In this document: piece by piece, positions 8,596 to 17,898 of the stretch
Position numbering within the stretch: position 1 is the first letter of the stretch
How the letters are laid out: each line of letters begins with the position of its first letter
Assembly: GCA_003671185.1 (NCBI GenBank)
Contig: QWPN01000032.1
Location: 15,805-79,804 of the forward strand
DNA: 64,000 bases
From: Planctomycetota bacterium
GTDB taxonomy: Bacteria > Planctomycetota > Planctomycetia > Pirellulales > UBA1268
Direction: 5' to 3'
Translations under genes and position numbers: made by a program
The notes under the pieces: model-generated
Database searches by the model: none
The model's input: only the letters and a program-made list of their open reading frames with translations
What the model was told of the DNA's origin: nothing

Positions 8596-10190
8596 GGGGC
8601 CGAGAGGCCGCTGGCCCCCGTGGCCGGGCGCAGATCGGCTGCCCAGATCACGTCGTCATCCATCACCAGCCCCGTGACGGCGAGCACGTCGCCACGCACG
8701 GCGGACGGTTCGGACCGCGAGATCATCGTGATGTCACGCTCGCCGTCGGGTTCCTGCAGCTTGGCATCTGAGCACCAGTACGGTCCCACGCGCCGGGCCT
8801 TGCCGAACTTCAATTGCAGGAAAATGCCGTCACTGCCCCGGTTGGGAAACTTCAGCCAGGCGACCGCGAGGCCGGCGAGATCGTCCCGCAGGGCGGGGCG
8901 GGCCGCCATCCGGTCATGCAATGCCGAAACCGCCTCGGGCGGCCCGGCCAGCGGTCGACCGGTGTCGGCCGCGGTGCGTTCCAGCTGCGCGAGTTCGTCG
9001 GCCATCTTGGCCAGCGCCTTGTAGCACTTCACGAGCAACTTCTTCCGCGCCGGATCCTCCGGATCATCGACGGCCAGCACGGCTTCGAGGGCCGTGGAGG
9101 CGGCGGCCACAGCGTCATCGAGCGCCGCCGTGTCGAGGGGTTCAGGCTCCGGCGGCGCGGGGGGTGCCGGGGGCGGCGCCGGCGGCTCCTCTGGTGCAGG
9201 CACGACCGCCACGGAATCGGGCTCCACCGCAGCCGTTTCAGGCACGGGCTCGGTGCTTGCCCCAGCCGCGGGCTCCACGACGTCGGGAATCTGGTCAAGC
9301 GGCGAACCGCCCTGCTTCGGGCCAGGCTTTTTCGCGCCGCCGGCACGGAATTTTTCCGGCAGCAGGAACCCGCCGTAGTCCTGGACCCAGGCGATCTCCG
9401 TGACCTTGAAGGGGTCTTTCTGCAGTCCCCAGATCAGGATCGCCATCGTGATCGGGATCGCCATCGCGCCGCCAAGCACGACTCCCAGCATCTGCCCAAT
9501 GCCGCCTGCCTTGCGCCGCTTCGCCTTGGCACGTGGGCGAGATGGGGCCGCGGGCCGGCTGGTGGCGGCGGCAAACGACGCACCGGGAACTTCTGAGGAC
9601 TCGTCACCGGTCACGTGCTCGGCGGCTTCATCGACGGCCGCGAACGATTCGTCTGCAACGGCCGCAGGCCGCCCCTCGGCTTCGTCGGCGCCATCCAAGA
9701 CGTCTGACTCGCGTGCGGCGGCGGATGTATTCTCCAGGCCATCGGATGCGGACCAACCGTCTCCGTCCGTCCCGCTCCATTCCGGATCGGCCTCGGTCGT
9801 GCTCCACTCGCCGGCGGCCTCGGCATCACCCCACGCGGAACCGGCCTCCGTCCCCACATCATCGGCGGGCTCGTCGAACCCGCCCACACTACTCGGAGTC
9901 GAAATGCCCGACTCACCCGTGCCGATCTGCACGGCCGAGTCGCCGGCACCGGCATCGGCCTCGTCGGCCGATTCGTCGAGCCACGAGTCGATTTCGGCGT
10001 CTGCCTGGGCGTCTGCGGACTGGTCTGTCGGCGATTCGGCAGCGGCCTCATCCGCGGCGGGCTCGGCATCTCCGCCGGATGCGTCGTCGAACGAGAAGCC
10101 GAATTCACCCGCCAGGTCCGGCAGGCCCTCCGACTCGATGCTCGACCACGGGTCGGATTCGGCATCCTTCTGGTCGTCGTCCGCCGCCAT
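8592..10190 (-). CDS. Hypothetical single-pass membrane protein with acidic Trp-repeat N-terminus and Pro-rich linker
   Basis: ORF 8592..10286. The start at ATG 10190 is preferred because GGAGGA lies 7 nt upstream. It has a ~215-aa D/E/A-rich region, one TM helix (MLGVVLGGAMAIPITMAILIW), the tract PPAPPPAPPAPPEPEP, and a C-terminal globular part. Confidence 0.6.
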   Translation of the reverse strand: MAADDDQKDAESDPWSSIESEGLPDLAGEFGFSFDDASGGDAEPAADEAAAESPTDQSADAQADAEIDSWLDESADEADAGAGDSAVQIGTGESGISTPSSVGGFDEPADDVGTEAGSAWGDAEAAGEWSTTEADPEWSGTDGDGWSASDGLENTSAAARESDVLDGADEAEGRPAAVADESFAAVDEAAEHVTGDESSEVPGASFAAATSRPAAPSRPRAKAKRRKAGGIGQMLGVVLGGAMAIPITMAILIWGLQKDPFKVTEIAWVQDYGGFLLPEKFRAGGAKKPGPKQGGSPLDQIPDVVEPAAGASTEPVPETAAVEPDSVAVVPAPEEPPAPPPAPPAPPEPEPLDTAALDDAVAAASTALEAVLAVDDPEDPARKKLLVKCYKALAKMADELAQLERTAADTGRPLAGPPEAVSALHDRMAARPALRDDLAGLAVAWLKFPNRGSDGIFLQLKFGKARRVGPYWCSDAKLQEPDGERDITMISRSEPSAVRGDVLAVTGLVMDDDVIWAADLRPATGASGLSAP

Positions 10191-10301
10191 GTTTCGTCCT
10201 CCAGCAAACGGTCCTGCCCGGTGCCCCCGGGCCGCGTCCCCGACGGGGGCTGCCGAGTGTACCACCGGGATTTCCACGACCGCCACCCGCCAGGACGGCC
10301 C

Positions 10302-11849
10302 TCACAGGCCATGCGCCGGCGCGTACCGTTCCCGCAGGCTGTCGAGCAGCCAGTGTTCCGACACCGGCTGGCCCGTGGCCCGCTCCACGAGCGGCTCCGA
10401 TTCCAGCAGCCGGCCGGTCGTGTGAATCTCCTGCCGCAGCCAGTCGAGCAGCGGACGAAAGCGTCCTGCGGCGAAGCATGGATCGAGGTCGGGAATCCGG
10501 CGCCGCGCCGCGGCCATCAATTGGGCCGCATAGATGTTGCCCAGCGTGTACGTGGGGAAGTACCCGACCAGTCCCACGCTCCAGTGGATGTCCTGCAGCA
10601 CGCCCCGGGCGTCGTCGGGTGGACGCAGGCCGAAGTCGGCCTCGAACCGCTCGTTCCATGCGCCGGGCAGTTCGGGCACCGGCAGGTCGCCGTGAACCAC
10701 GGCCCGCTCGAGGTCAAAACGCATCATCACGTGCAGGTTGTAGGTGACCTCGTCGGCCTCGACGCGAATGAACGAGGGCTTCACCGCCAGCAGCGCCGCA
10801 TGCACGCCGGCCGCGTCTGCGGCGCCAAGCGCCGCGGGAAAGGCGGCGCGGGCCGAAGGAAAACACCACTCCCAGAAAGCCCGCGACCGACCCACCAGGT
10901 TTTCCCAGAGCCGCGACTGCGATTCGTGGATGCCCAGCGAGGCGGCCTCGCCCGGTGGCAGGCCATACCAATTCGGCGGCAGCCCCTGCTCGTACATGCC
11001 GTGGCCGGCCTCGTGGAGCACGCCGAACAGCGCCGTGGGCAGGGAACGCTCGTCCCAGCGGGTCGTGATCCGGCAGTCGCCGGGGCCGAGCGTGGAGCAG
11101 AACGGGTGATTCGTCGTGTCGAGTCGGCCGCGATCGAAGTCGAAGCCGATCCGCGCGGCGACCTCGCGCACGAAACGGCGCTGGTCATCCACGGGGAACA
11201 CCGACTCCGTGAGCAGCCGGTCGTCCGGTCTGATCGCCGCATCGGCACACTGCCGGACCAACGTGACGATCCCACGGCGCAGGCTGGCGAATCGCGGCAC
11301 GATCGCCCGCCACCGGGCGCCGGGTTCATAGTCGTCGAGCAGGGCGTCGTAGGCGTCGCACCCCGGTGCCTGGCAGGCGGCCTGCTCCCGCTTCAGGGCG
11401 AAGACGCGTTCCAGCCAGGGCTGCAGCCGTTGCCAGGACGATTCGGCGCGGGCCAGTGCCCAGGCCTGCTGGGCCTCGACGCAGGTCCGCGCCAGTTCCT
11501 CGACGAGCCTGCCCGGCAGCCGGGACTGCTTGTCGAAGTCCCGCTTCAGGAGCCTGATCGTGGCCTGCTGCCGCGGCGTGCCTGACGTCGCCAGGGATCC
11601 GGTCGCCAGTTCCGCCAGCCGCTCGCCCTGGGCGGGATCGGTGCGCAGGCGGTGCGTGACAGCCGCCAGTTCCGCCGCCTGGTCGGCTCGATGCGGGGCG
11701 GCGGCCGCGGGCATCATCGTCTGTTCGTCCCAGCCGAGGAGCGCCTCCACGGAGGAGAGCACGGCGGCCCGGCGGGCATGCCGGCAGGCGGCCTCGAACG
11801 TGGCGTCCCCGGTCGGCTGGTCATCACCTGATTCTGTGGGTGGTGTCAT
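10302..11849 (-). CDS. Carboxypeptidase Taq-type (M32) metallopeptidase
   Basis: In-frame ATG at 11849 within ORF 10302..12614; the upstream part runs antisense to the PIG-L gene. M32 motifs: HPF(CSTLGPGDCRITTRW), HEAGHGMYEQG, GIHESQSRLWEN, IRVEADEVTYNLH. Confidence 0.9.
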   Translation of the reverse strand: MTPPTESGDDQPTGDATFEAACRHARRAAVLSSVEALLGWDEQTMMPAAAAPHRADQAAELAAVTHRLRTDPAQGERLAELATGSLATSGTPRQQATIRLLKRDFDKQSRLPGRLVEELARTCVEAQQAWALARAESSWQRLQPWLERVFALKREQAACQAPGCDAYDALLDDYEPGARWRAIVPRFASLRRGIVTLVRQCADAAIRPDDRLLTESVFPVDDQRRFVREVAARIGFDFDRGRLDTTNHPFCSTLGPGDCRITTRWDERSLPTALFGVLHEAGHGMYEQGLPPNWYGLPPGEAASLGIHESQSRLWENLVGRSRAFWEWCFPSARAAFPAALGAADAAGVHAALLAVKPSFIRVEADEVTYNLHVMMRFDLERAVVHGDLPVPELPGAWNERFEADFGLRPPDDARGVLQDIHWSVGLVGYFPTYTLGNIYAAQLMAAARRRIPDLDPCFAAGRFRPLLDWLRQEIHTTGRLLESEPLVERATGQPVSEHWLLDSLRERYAPAHGL

Positions 11850-11924
11850 GGCGGAGAGTATGCTCGTCGCCAAGGCCGGGCGGCAAACCGCCGCCCGTTC
11901 CGGCCAGTAGCCTGGATCTGGACC

Positions 11925-12608
11925 ATGCTCGACGCCCTCGTCATCGCCCCTCATCCCGACGATGCCGAACTGGGCATGGGAGGCACGATCGCATTCATGC
12001 TGTCGAAGGGCATGACCGTGGGGGTCCTCGACCTCACCGACGGCGAACCCACGCCGCTGGGATCGATCGAGACCAGAGCCCGCGAGACGGTCGCGGCTTC
12101 GGTCGCGCTGGGCGTGACCTGGCGTGAGAACCTGGGGCTGCCCAACAGGCGGCTCCGGGCCACGCTGGCGGCGCGGGCCGCCCTGGCGGGAGTGATCCGG
12201 CGCACGCGGCCCCGCTGGCTGTTCGCCCCCCATTGGGTCGACGCGCATCCCGACCACGTCGCCGCCGCGCGGCTCACGGAGGCGGCGCGATTCTGGGCCA
12301 AGCTCACCAAGTGCGATTTGCCGGCCGAACCCTGGCATCCGCAGCGGCTCTACCACTACGCCTGTGTCCACCTCAAGGCGGTGCGGCGCCCAGCCTTCAT
12401 CGTGGACATTTCGGCAACCTGGGAGACCAAGTGCCGCAGCCTGGCCTGCTACGTGAGCCAGTTTCCGCCAAGCGCCCCGTCGCCCACCGTCCTGCAACGG
12501 GTCGCCGCGGCCGACGCCTGGTGGGGCGCGATGATCGGCACGGCGCATGGCGAGCCGTTTTGGTCGCGGGAGCCCATCGGGCTGCGGGGCTTCAGCGACC
12601 TGTGGTGA
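11925..12608 (+). CDS. PIG-L/LmbE family deacetylase (BshB1-like)
   Basis: N-terminus LVIAPHPDDAELGMGGTIA, followed by the HPDH motif (VDAHPDHVAAARL). Confidence 0.85.
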   Translation: MLDALVIAPHPDDAELGMGGTIAFMLSKGMTVGVLDLTDGEPTPLGSIETRARETVAASVALGVTWRENLGLPNRRLRATLAARAALAGVIRRTRPRWLFAPHWVDAHPDHVAAARLTEAARFWAKLTKCDLPAEPWHPQRLYHYACVHLKAVRRPAFIVDISATWETKCRSLACYVSQFPPSAPSPTVLQRVAAADAWWGAMIGTAHGEPFWSREPIGLRGFSDLW

Positions 12609-12810
12609 CGCCATGCGCGGCGATCAGGCGACCGGCCCCGCCCGCACAGTCTGCCCAGTGTCATGCTCGATTGACGGTCGCCGTACCGGGTTGGCCCGAT
12701 CGCAGAAAGTTGGCCGGCTGCCCGGGAGAAGGCTGCGGCGGCCGGCGCCGGGTGGCCGATACTCCCACGGTGGCCACAGGGTTGGCCGCGGCACTCGTCC
12801 GGGGATTTCG

Positions 12811-13044
12811 ATGGCCTCTCGCGACATCAACGTCATCGCACTCGTCAAGGGGGGTGAACGGTACGTGTTTCTGTACGACGACGAGAGCCGCGACGAGGCG
12901 ATCCGCATGCTGGGCCGGCATGCCGCCAACCCGGAATTGAGTTTCTCCTGGTATGACGCGGCGGTGCTCAGCGACAAGGTTCGGCAGAACACGCCGCGCC
13001 CCAGCCGCCTGCGCTTCGTGCCCCGCGCCGATCGTCCGGCCTGA
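12811..13044 (+). CDS. Small hypothetical protein (77 aa)
   Basis: ATG at 12811 within ORF 12547..13044. The composition looks like a normal protein (MASRDINVIALVKGGERYVFLYDDESRDEAIRML...), and the gene ends 17 bp upstream of the recombinase gene. Confidence 0.4.
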   Translation: MASRDINVIALVKGGERYVFLYDDESRDEAIRMLGRHAANPELSFSWYDAAVLSDKVRQNTPRPSRLRFVPRADRPA

Positions 13045-13061
13045 GGTCGGCCGCGCAGGCC

Positions 13062-13973
13062 ATGGCAGCCACGTCCTCGCCACGGCACGACTTTCCCGAG
13101 GCGCTGGAGCGATTCCTGCGCTACCTGGCAGCGGAACGCGGCGCCTCACCGCTGACGACAAAGGCCTACCGCGAGGACCTGTTGCAACTGGAGGAGTTCC
13201 TGCGCTCAGCAGGCTGCCGCGGCCCCGCCGAGGCGTCCAGCCTCGTGCTGCGGCGCTTCGCTTCGGGGCTGCATGCGGCGGGCTACGCCGCCTCGACCGT
13301 GGCCCGCAAACTGGCCACCATGCGGAGTTTCTACGCCTTCGGCCAGCGCGAGGGCTGGGTGAGAGCGAACCCGGCCAAGCCGCTGCGCAGCCCGCGCCGG
13401 CCGCGAAAGCTCCCCCGCTTCCTCACCGCCGACGAGATCGGCCGACTCCTGGCCGCCCCGCAACCCCGCGCAGCGGGCGGACTCCGCGACCGCGCGATCC
13501 TGGAACTCATGTATTCGTCAGGCTGCCGCGTGCGCGAACTGGTGAGCCTCGACGACGCCGATCTCGACCTCGGCAACGCCACGGTGCGGATTCGCGGCAA
13601 GGGCCGACGTGAGCGGCTGGGGATCGTGGGTTCGCATGCGCAGCGCGCCCTGCGCGACTGGCTGGCCGCCCGCCCCAACGGGCCGGGACGGGCCCGTCCC
13701 TTGTTCACCAACAAGCTCGGCAGCCGGCTCTCGGTGCGGGGCGTGGCCCGCCTCCTCGACAAGCATCTGGCGGCAGCCGGCCTGGCCGGCCGGGCCAGTC
13801 CGCATACGCTGCGACACAGTTTCGCCACACACCTTCTCGATGCGGGCGCCGACATCCGCAGCGTCCAGGAACTGCTCGGCCACAAGAGCCTGGTGACGAC
13901 GCAGATCTACACGCACGTGACGACGAGCCGCCTGCTCGACGCCTTTGACAGGGCACACCCCCGCGCGCGATGA
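13062..13973 (+). CDS. Tyrosine recombinase XerC/XerD family
   Basis: N-terminal SAM-like domain (FLRYLAAERGASPLTTKAYREDL). Catalytic residues are present: R..., HTLRHSFATHLL, LLGHKSLVTTQIYTHV. Confidence 0.9.
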   Translation: MAATSSPRHDFPEALERFLRYLAAERGASPLTTKAYREDLLQLEEFLRSAGCRGPAEASSLVLRRFASGLHAAGYAASTVARKLATMRSFYAFGQREGWVRANPAKPLRSPRRPRKLPRFLTADEIGRLLAAPQPRAAGGLRDRAILELMYSSGCRVRELVSLDDADLDLGNATVRIRGKGRRERLGIVGSHAQRALRDWLAARPNGPGRARPLFTNKLGSRLSVRGVARLLDKHLAAAGLAGRASPHTLRHSFATHLLDAGADIRSVQELLGHKSLVTTQIYTHVTTSRLLDAFDRAHPRAR

Positions 13974-14036
13974 CGGCACCAGACCGCAGCCTGGCGCGGC
14001 GGCCCTTGAATCAGTCGTCCAGGAGCGACTGCGGCG

Positions 14037-14672
14037 TCACACCAGGCCGCGGCGCACGGCCCATACGGCGGCCTGCGTGCGATCCGTGACGGCGATCTTG
14101 CGCAGGATGTTTTGCACGTGCTCTTTCACCGTCTCCACGCTGATCGTCAGCGACTGGGCGATTTCCTTGTTGGACAGCCCCAGAGCCATGTGGCGCAGCA
14201 CCTGGGTCTCCCGTTGCGTGAGCGGGATGTCGGGATCCGGGGCCTGCACGCGGTTGGCCATCGTCGTGGCCACGCGCCGCAATTCTCCGGCCCGCATCGG
14301 CAGTTGACCGGCAGCCGCCCCCGTGATCGAAGTGATGAGTTCGGCCCGGGTACAGCCCTTGAGCATGTAATCGTGGGCGCCGGCGGCGACCGCCCGAGCC
14401 ACATAGGTCGGGTTGTCGAACGTGGAGAGCATCACGCAGCGCACGGCAGGCATGTCGGCGCGAATCTTTTCCAGGGCCGCCAGGCCGTCCTTACCCTGCA
14501 TACGGATGTCGAGCAGGGCCACGTCGGGCTTCAATTTCTTGGTGAGCTTCACGGCTTCTTCGCCGCTCGAAGCCTCGCCGACGATCTTCACCTCCGACCC
14601 GGCCAACAGGCTGACAAGGCCGCGTCGCACCACCTCGTGATCGTCCGCAATCACCACCTTGATCGCCATCAT
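14037..14672 (-). CDS. NarL/FixJ-family response regulator (REC + LuxR-type HTH)
   Basis: REC domain (KVVIADDH...DVALLDIRMQGKDG) and HTH (LTQRETQVLRHMALGLSNKEIAQSLTISVETVKEHVQNILRKI). Confidence 0.9.
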   Translation of the reverse strand: MMAIKVVIADDHEVVRRGLVSLLAGSEVKIVGEASSGEEAVKLTKKLKPDVALLDIRMQGKDGLAALEKIRADMPAVRCVMLSTFDNPTYVARAVAAGAHDYMLKGCTRAELITSITGAAAGQLPMRAGELRRVATTMANRVQAPDPDIPLTQRETQVLRHMALGLSNKEIAQSLTISVETVKEHVQNILRKIAVTDRTQAAVWAVRRGLV

Positions 14673-14714
14673 TGCCTCTACCTTCGTCGCCGGGATGTCT
14701 CACGATACCGACAT

Positions 14715-14743
14715 ACTTTACCTGTTCAACTTTTTTGATTCAA
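14715..14743 (-). promoter_or_regulatory. Putative sigma70-like promoter for the response regulator gene
   Basis: The minus strand reads TTGAAT-17 nt-TAAAGT inside a locally AT-rich patch, about 40-70 nt upstream of ATG 14672. The patch also contains a TTCAAC direct repeat. Confidence 0.3.
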
Positions 14744-14830
14744 CAGCCGAGTCGACGCTTCGCCACTCCGCGCTCCGCTGCGATGCAAGCGGCACTCACC
14801 CCCTCACGTGACCCCCTTCCCTGATGTGGG

Positions 14831-15784
14831 TCACCCATTCTTGTTTCGAAGGCGCATCCGAGCGAGCATCTCTTCGGCGCCAGCGGCCAGCAGACCGGCC
14901 GCGACATCGGTCCCCAGGTGCCGGAGGGCCGCACTGGACACCTGCGTGGTCCGCGCGTCGGCCTGTCGTTCGGCCACGATGCGCCGCACCCGGCCCTCCT
15001 CGTCCTCCAGCACGCAGGCGCCGAGCGTCATGGACCCGTCATCCTGGATGCGGGCCCAGGCACCGATCGGCGCCAGGCATCCACCCGCCAGCCCGGCCAG
15101 ACAGCTCCGTTCGGCTACCACGGCCGCGTGCGTCGGCATGTGATCGAGCGGGGCCAGGATGTCGTGCAGGCGCCGATCGGCGGCGCGAACCTGCACCACC
15201 AGCGCCCCCTGGGCCACCGCCGGCCAGAACGCCGGAGGCCGCAGCAGTTCGCTGATCCGTCCGGCGAGTCCCAATCGTTCCAGCCCCGCCGCGGCGAGGA
15301 TCAGGCCGTCGTATTCGCCGGCGTCGAGCCGCCGCAGCCGGGAGTCGACGTTGCCGCGAATCGGCCGCACGTCGAGATCGGGCCGCAGGGCCCGGGTCTG
15401 GGCCACGCGACGGATGCTCGACGTCCCCACCACGGCCCCGGACCGCAGGCCGACCAGCGTGGCCCCCGGACCCGCCACCAAGGCGTCGAACGGGGTGGCC
15501 CGCTCGGGGACGCAGGCCAGCGACAACCCGGGCGTCTCCGCCGTGGGCAGGTCCTTGAGGCTGTGAACGGCGGCGTCGATGCGGCCGTCGAGCAGTGCCT
15601 GCTCGAGTTCGCGGACGAAGACACCGTCGCCACCGATGCGGGCCACGGGCACGTCGGCTCGGGCGTCGCCCTGCGTCGAGATCGTCTCCACCTGCACGAC
15701 CGCGCCCAGCGCGCGCAGCCGGTCGGCGACCCAGCCCGTCTGAGTGCGGGCCAGGGTGCTGCCGCGGGTGCCGATGCGGACCAT
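14831..15784 (-). CDS. hemC: Hydroxymethylbilane synthase (porphobilinogen deaminase)
   Basis: Motifs VRIGTRGSTLARTQ, VHSLKDLP, VGTSSIRR, RGNVDSRLRRLDAGEYDGLILAAAGLERLGL and LAGGCLAPIG. The ORF extends to 15805, but the ATG at 15784 matches the canonical N-terminus. Confidence 0.95.
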   Translation of the reverse strand: MVRIGTRGSTLARTQTGWVADRLRALGAVVQVETISTQGDARADVPVARIGGDGVFVRELEQALLDGRIDAAVHSLKDLPTAETPGLSLACVPERATPFDALVAGPGATLVGLRSGAVVGTSSIRRVAQTRALRPDLDVRPIRGNVDSRLRRLDAGEYDGLILAAAGLERLGLAGRISELLRPPAFWPAVAQGALVVQVRAADRRLHDILAPLDHMPTHAAVVAERSCLAGLAGGCLAPIGAWARIQDDGSMTLGACVLEDEEGRVRRIVAERQADARTTQVSSAALRHLGTDVAAGLLAAGAEEMLARMRLRNKNG

Positions 15785-15834
15785 CTCGACGTGCTGCATG
15801 AGCATGGATCTCGGGGAAGGTCTGTGTCAGTGTG

Positions 15835-16611
15835 TCAGGAGGGTGAACCAGCGCCGCGGTCGGCGCGGGCCACGGCGGCGGCGAACACGGCAGCCGCACC
15901 GGCGGCGACCAGGGCCCGTCGGCACTCCGCCAGCGTGGCGCCAGTGGTCGTCACATCGTCGACGATCAGCACGCGACGGCCGGCGGCGCGACCCGCGGCG
16001 CGAAACGCGTCTCGCACGTTGCCACGCCGTGCGGCAAACGGCAGTTCATTCTGCATGGGTGTGGCCCGGCGGCGACGCAGCAGCCTGCGATACGGCAGCC
16101 TCAGCCCGGCGGCCACGCCGCGCGCCAGCTCGTCGGCCGCGCTCGTGCCCCGGGCGGCGCGCCGCATCCAGTGCATCGGCACCGGTGACACCACGTCGAT
16201 GCGCCACTCGGCGAACGTGGCGGCATGTTTGCGCACGAGCAGCGCCGCCAGCCCCGCAGCCCGCGCTTCGCCGCCGGGCCGCTTGGCGAGGATCACGGCG
16301 TCGCGCACCTCGTCCGCATAGGAAGCGAGCACCAGCATCCCATCCCAGTCGCGGGCCTCGCCCGGGCAGTGGCGGCATGCGCCGCCCATATCCGGCTCGC
16401 CACAGGCGGGACAGCGGGGCACGTCGTGCGACAGGGCCGCCGCGCAGGTGGCGCACACCACGGGCGTGCCCGGGCCGGGCAGTACGCCGTCGCCGGTTTC
16501 CTGATCGACCGCCTCGCTGCCGCAAAACACGCAGTGCGGCGGACAGAGCAGGTCCAGCCCCAGCCCGGTCCACCGGCATGCCTCGCGTCCCAGCAAGTTA
16601 AACCACGCCAT
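15835..16611 (-). CDS. comF: ComF-family phosphoribosyltransferase-like protein
   Basis: ATG at 16611 (MAWFNLL...) within ORF 15835..16722. N-terminal Cys-rich Zn finger (CPPHCVFCG...CPACGEP) and a PRTase motif (VLIVDDVTTTGATL). Confidence 0.8.
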   Translation of the reverse strand: MAWFNLLGREACRWTGLGLDLLCPPHCVFCGSEAVDQETGDGVLPGPGTPVVCATCAAALSHDVPRCPACGEPDMGGACRHCPGEARDWDGMLVLASYADEVRDAVILAKRPGGEARAAGLAALLVRKHAATFAEWRIDVVSPVPMHWMRRAARGTSAADELARGVAAGLRLPYRRLLRRRRATPMQNELPFAARRGNVRDAFRAAGRAAGRRVLIVDDVTTTGATLAECRRALVAAGAAAVFAAAVARADRGAGSPS

Positions 16612-16754
16612 GACCGCGTGTTTCCCCAGGCTCGGCCCAGATTGACGCTTCCGCCCGTGTTCCGTACCCTCCGCCGCCCCGCGCCGCGTGGGCCGGTCAG
16701 CGACTGCAGCCGAGCCGATCATCGTCCACCGGCCCCCCTGCCCGTCAAGCGCCC

Positions 16755-17885
16755 ATGCTCATCGACCGCTACATCGGCCGCGCCCAGTGTCACGCGTTCG
16801 TGATCGTGTTCGTGAGCCTCGCCGGCCTGTACTTCGTGTTCGACGCGTTCACGAACATGGAGGAGTTCATAGCCCACACGGCCGAGAAGGGGGGCCTGGC
16901 TGCCGTGTTGGCGTCCTATTACGGCTGCCGGATTGTCTGGTTCTTCGACGCCACCAGTCCGGTGATCTCGTTGGCCAGCGGCATGTTCGCGCTCTCCTGG
17001 CTGGAGCGGCACAACGAGTTGACGGCGCTGCTGGCCGCGGGCGTACCCCGGTGGCGGATCGCGAAGTCCGTGATCGTGTTCGCCGCGGCCGTCAGCCTGC
17101 TGGCCGCCGCGAACCGGGAACTGCTGCTGCCTCGCATCCGCCAGGCCTTCGCCCGCAACGCCCAGGATCTGCGCGGCGAGACGGCCCATCCGTTCGAGCC
17201 CCGGTATGACCAGCGCACCGAGATCTTGTTCCGCGGCCGCGGCGCCAAGACGGCGGGGTGCTGCATCGAGGCCCCCAGCCTGCTCATGCCCCCGCAACTG
17301 GGCGACTACGGTCCGCAGATCACCGCCGCCGATGCGGTCTGGCTGCCCGCCTCGGACACGAGGCCCGCGGGCTACCTGCTGAACGCGGTGACGGAACCCG
17401 CCGACATCGACGGCCTGCCGCCGCTGCGCTGCGGCGACCGGCCCGTCGTGCTCACCCGCAGCACGGAGAACTGGCTCGAACCACGGAAGTGCTTCGTGGT
17501 CAGCGACGTGACCTTCGAGCAACTGCTCGGGTCGACCAACTGGAGCAACTACTCCTCCACGGTCGAACTCGTGCGTGCCATCGCCAACCCCAGCCTCGGC
17601 GTGTCGGCAGACATCCCGCTGCGGGTCCATGCCCGGCTGCTGGCCCCGTTCCTCGACATGGCGCTGGTGATGCTCGGCATCCCGCTGGTGCTGGGACCGA
17701 GCCGGCGTGGCGTGTTCGTGGCGGTCGGACTCTGCGTGGCGATGACGGTCCTGTTCTTCGTCGTCGTGATGGGCTGCCATGCCCTGGCCGGGAGCGACAT
17801 CCTCAGCCCGTCGCTGGCCGCCTGGTCGCCGCTGCTGGTGCTGGCGCCGTTGGCCGCCTGGCGGGCTCAGCCGATGTGGCAGTGA
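16755..17885 (+). CDS. LptF/LptG-family (YjgP/YjgQ) permease
   Basis: N-terminus MLIDRYIGR, multiple TM segments, and the typical ELTALLAAGV motif. Confidence 0.8.
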   Translation: MLIDRYIGRAQCHAFVIVFVSLAGLYFVFDAFTNMEEFIAHTAEKGGLAAVLASYYGCRIVWFFDATSPVISLASGMFALSWLERHNELTALLAAGVPRWRIAKSVIVFAAAVSLLAAANRELLLPRIRQAFARNAQDLRGETAHPFEPRYDQRTEILFRGRGAKTAGCCIEAPSLLMPPQLGDYGPQITAADAVWLPASDTRPAGYLLNAVTEPADIDGLPPLRCGDRPVVLTRSTENWLEPRKCFVVSDVTFEQLLGSTNWSNYSSTVELVRAIANPSLGVSADIPLRVHARLLAPFLDMALVMLGIPLVLGPSRRGVFVAVGLCVAMTVLFFVVVMGCHALAGSDILSPSLAAWSPLLVLAPLAAWRAQPMWQ

Positions 17886-17898
17886 GCGCCCCTTCGTC

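Noticed and set aside
12689-12787. Five copies of G[TG]TGGCC within ~100 bp upstream of the 77-aa ORF were considered as a regulator-binding array.
   Set aside because: The motif is short and GC-rich, so it is expected frequently at this base composition. The spacing is irregular (19, 42, 18, 12 bp), and there is no dyad symmetry.
13062-13973. The tyrosine recombinase was considered as a marker of an integrated mobile element or genomic island.
   Set aside because: The sequence and length look like chromosomal XerC/XerD (dimer resolution). I saw no flanking direct repeats, no adjacent tRNA att site, and no phage or IS genes nearby.
13983-14034. The hairpin CAGTCG-n8-CGACTG (14012-14031) between the convergent xerC/D and response regulator genes was considered as a bidirectional terminator. 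A similar case is CTGTCC-gcg-GGACAG at 37260-37274 after the orphan csrA.
   Set aside because: The stems are only 6 bp with no U/A tracts, which is too weak to call intrinsic terminators with confidence in this GC context.
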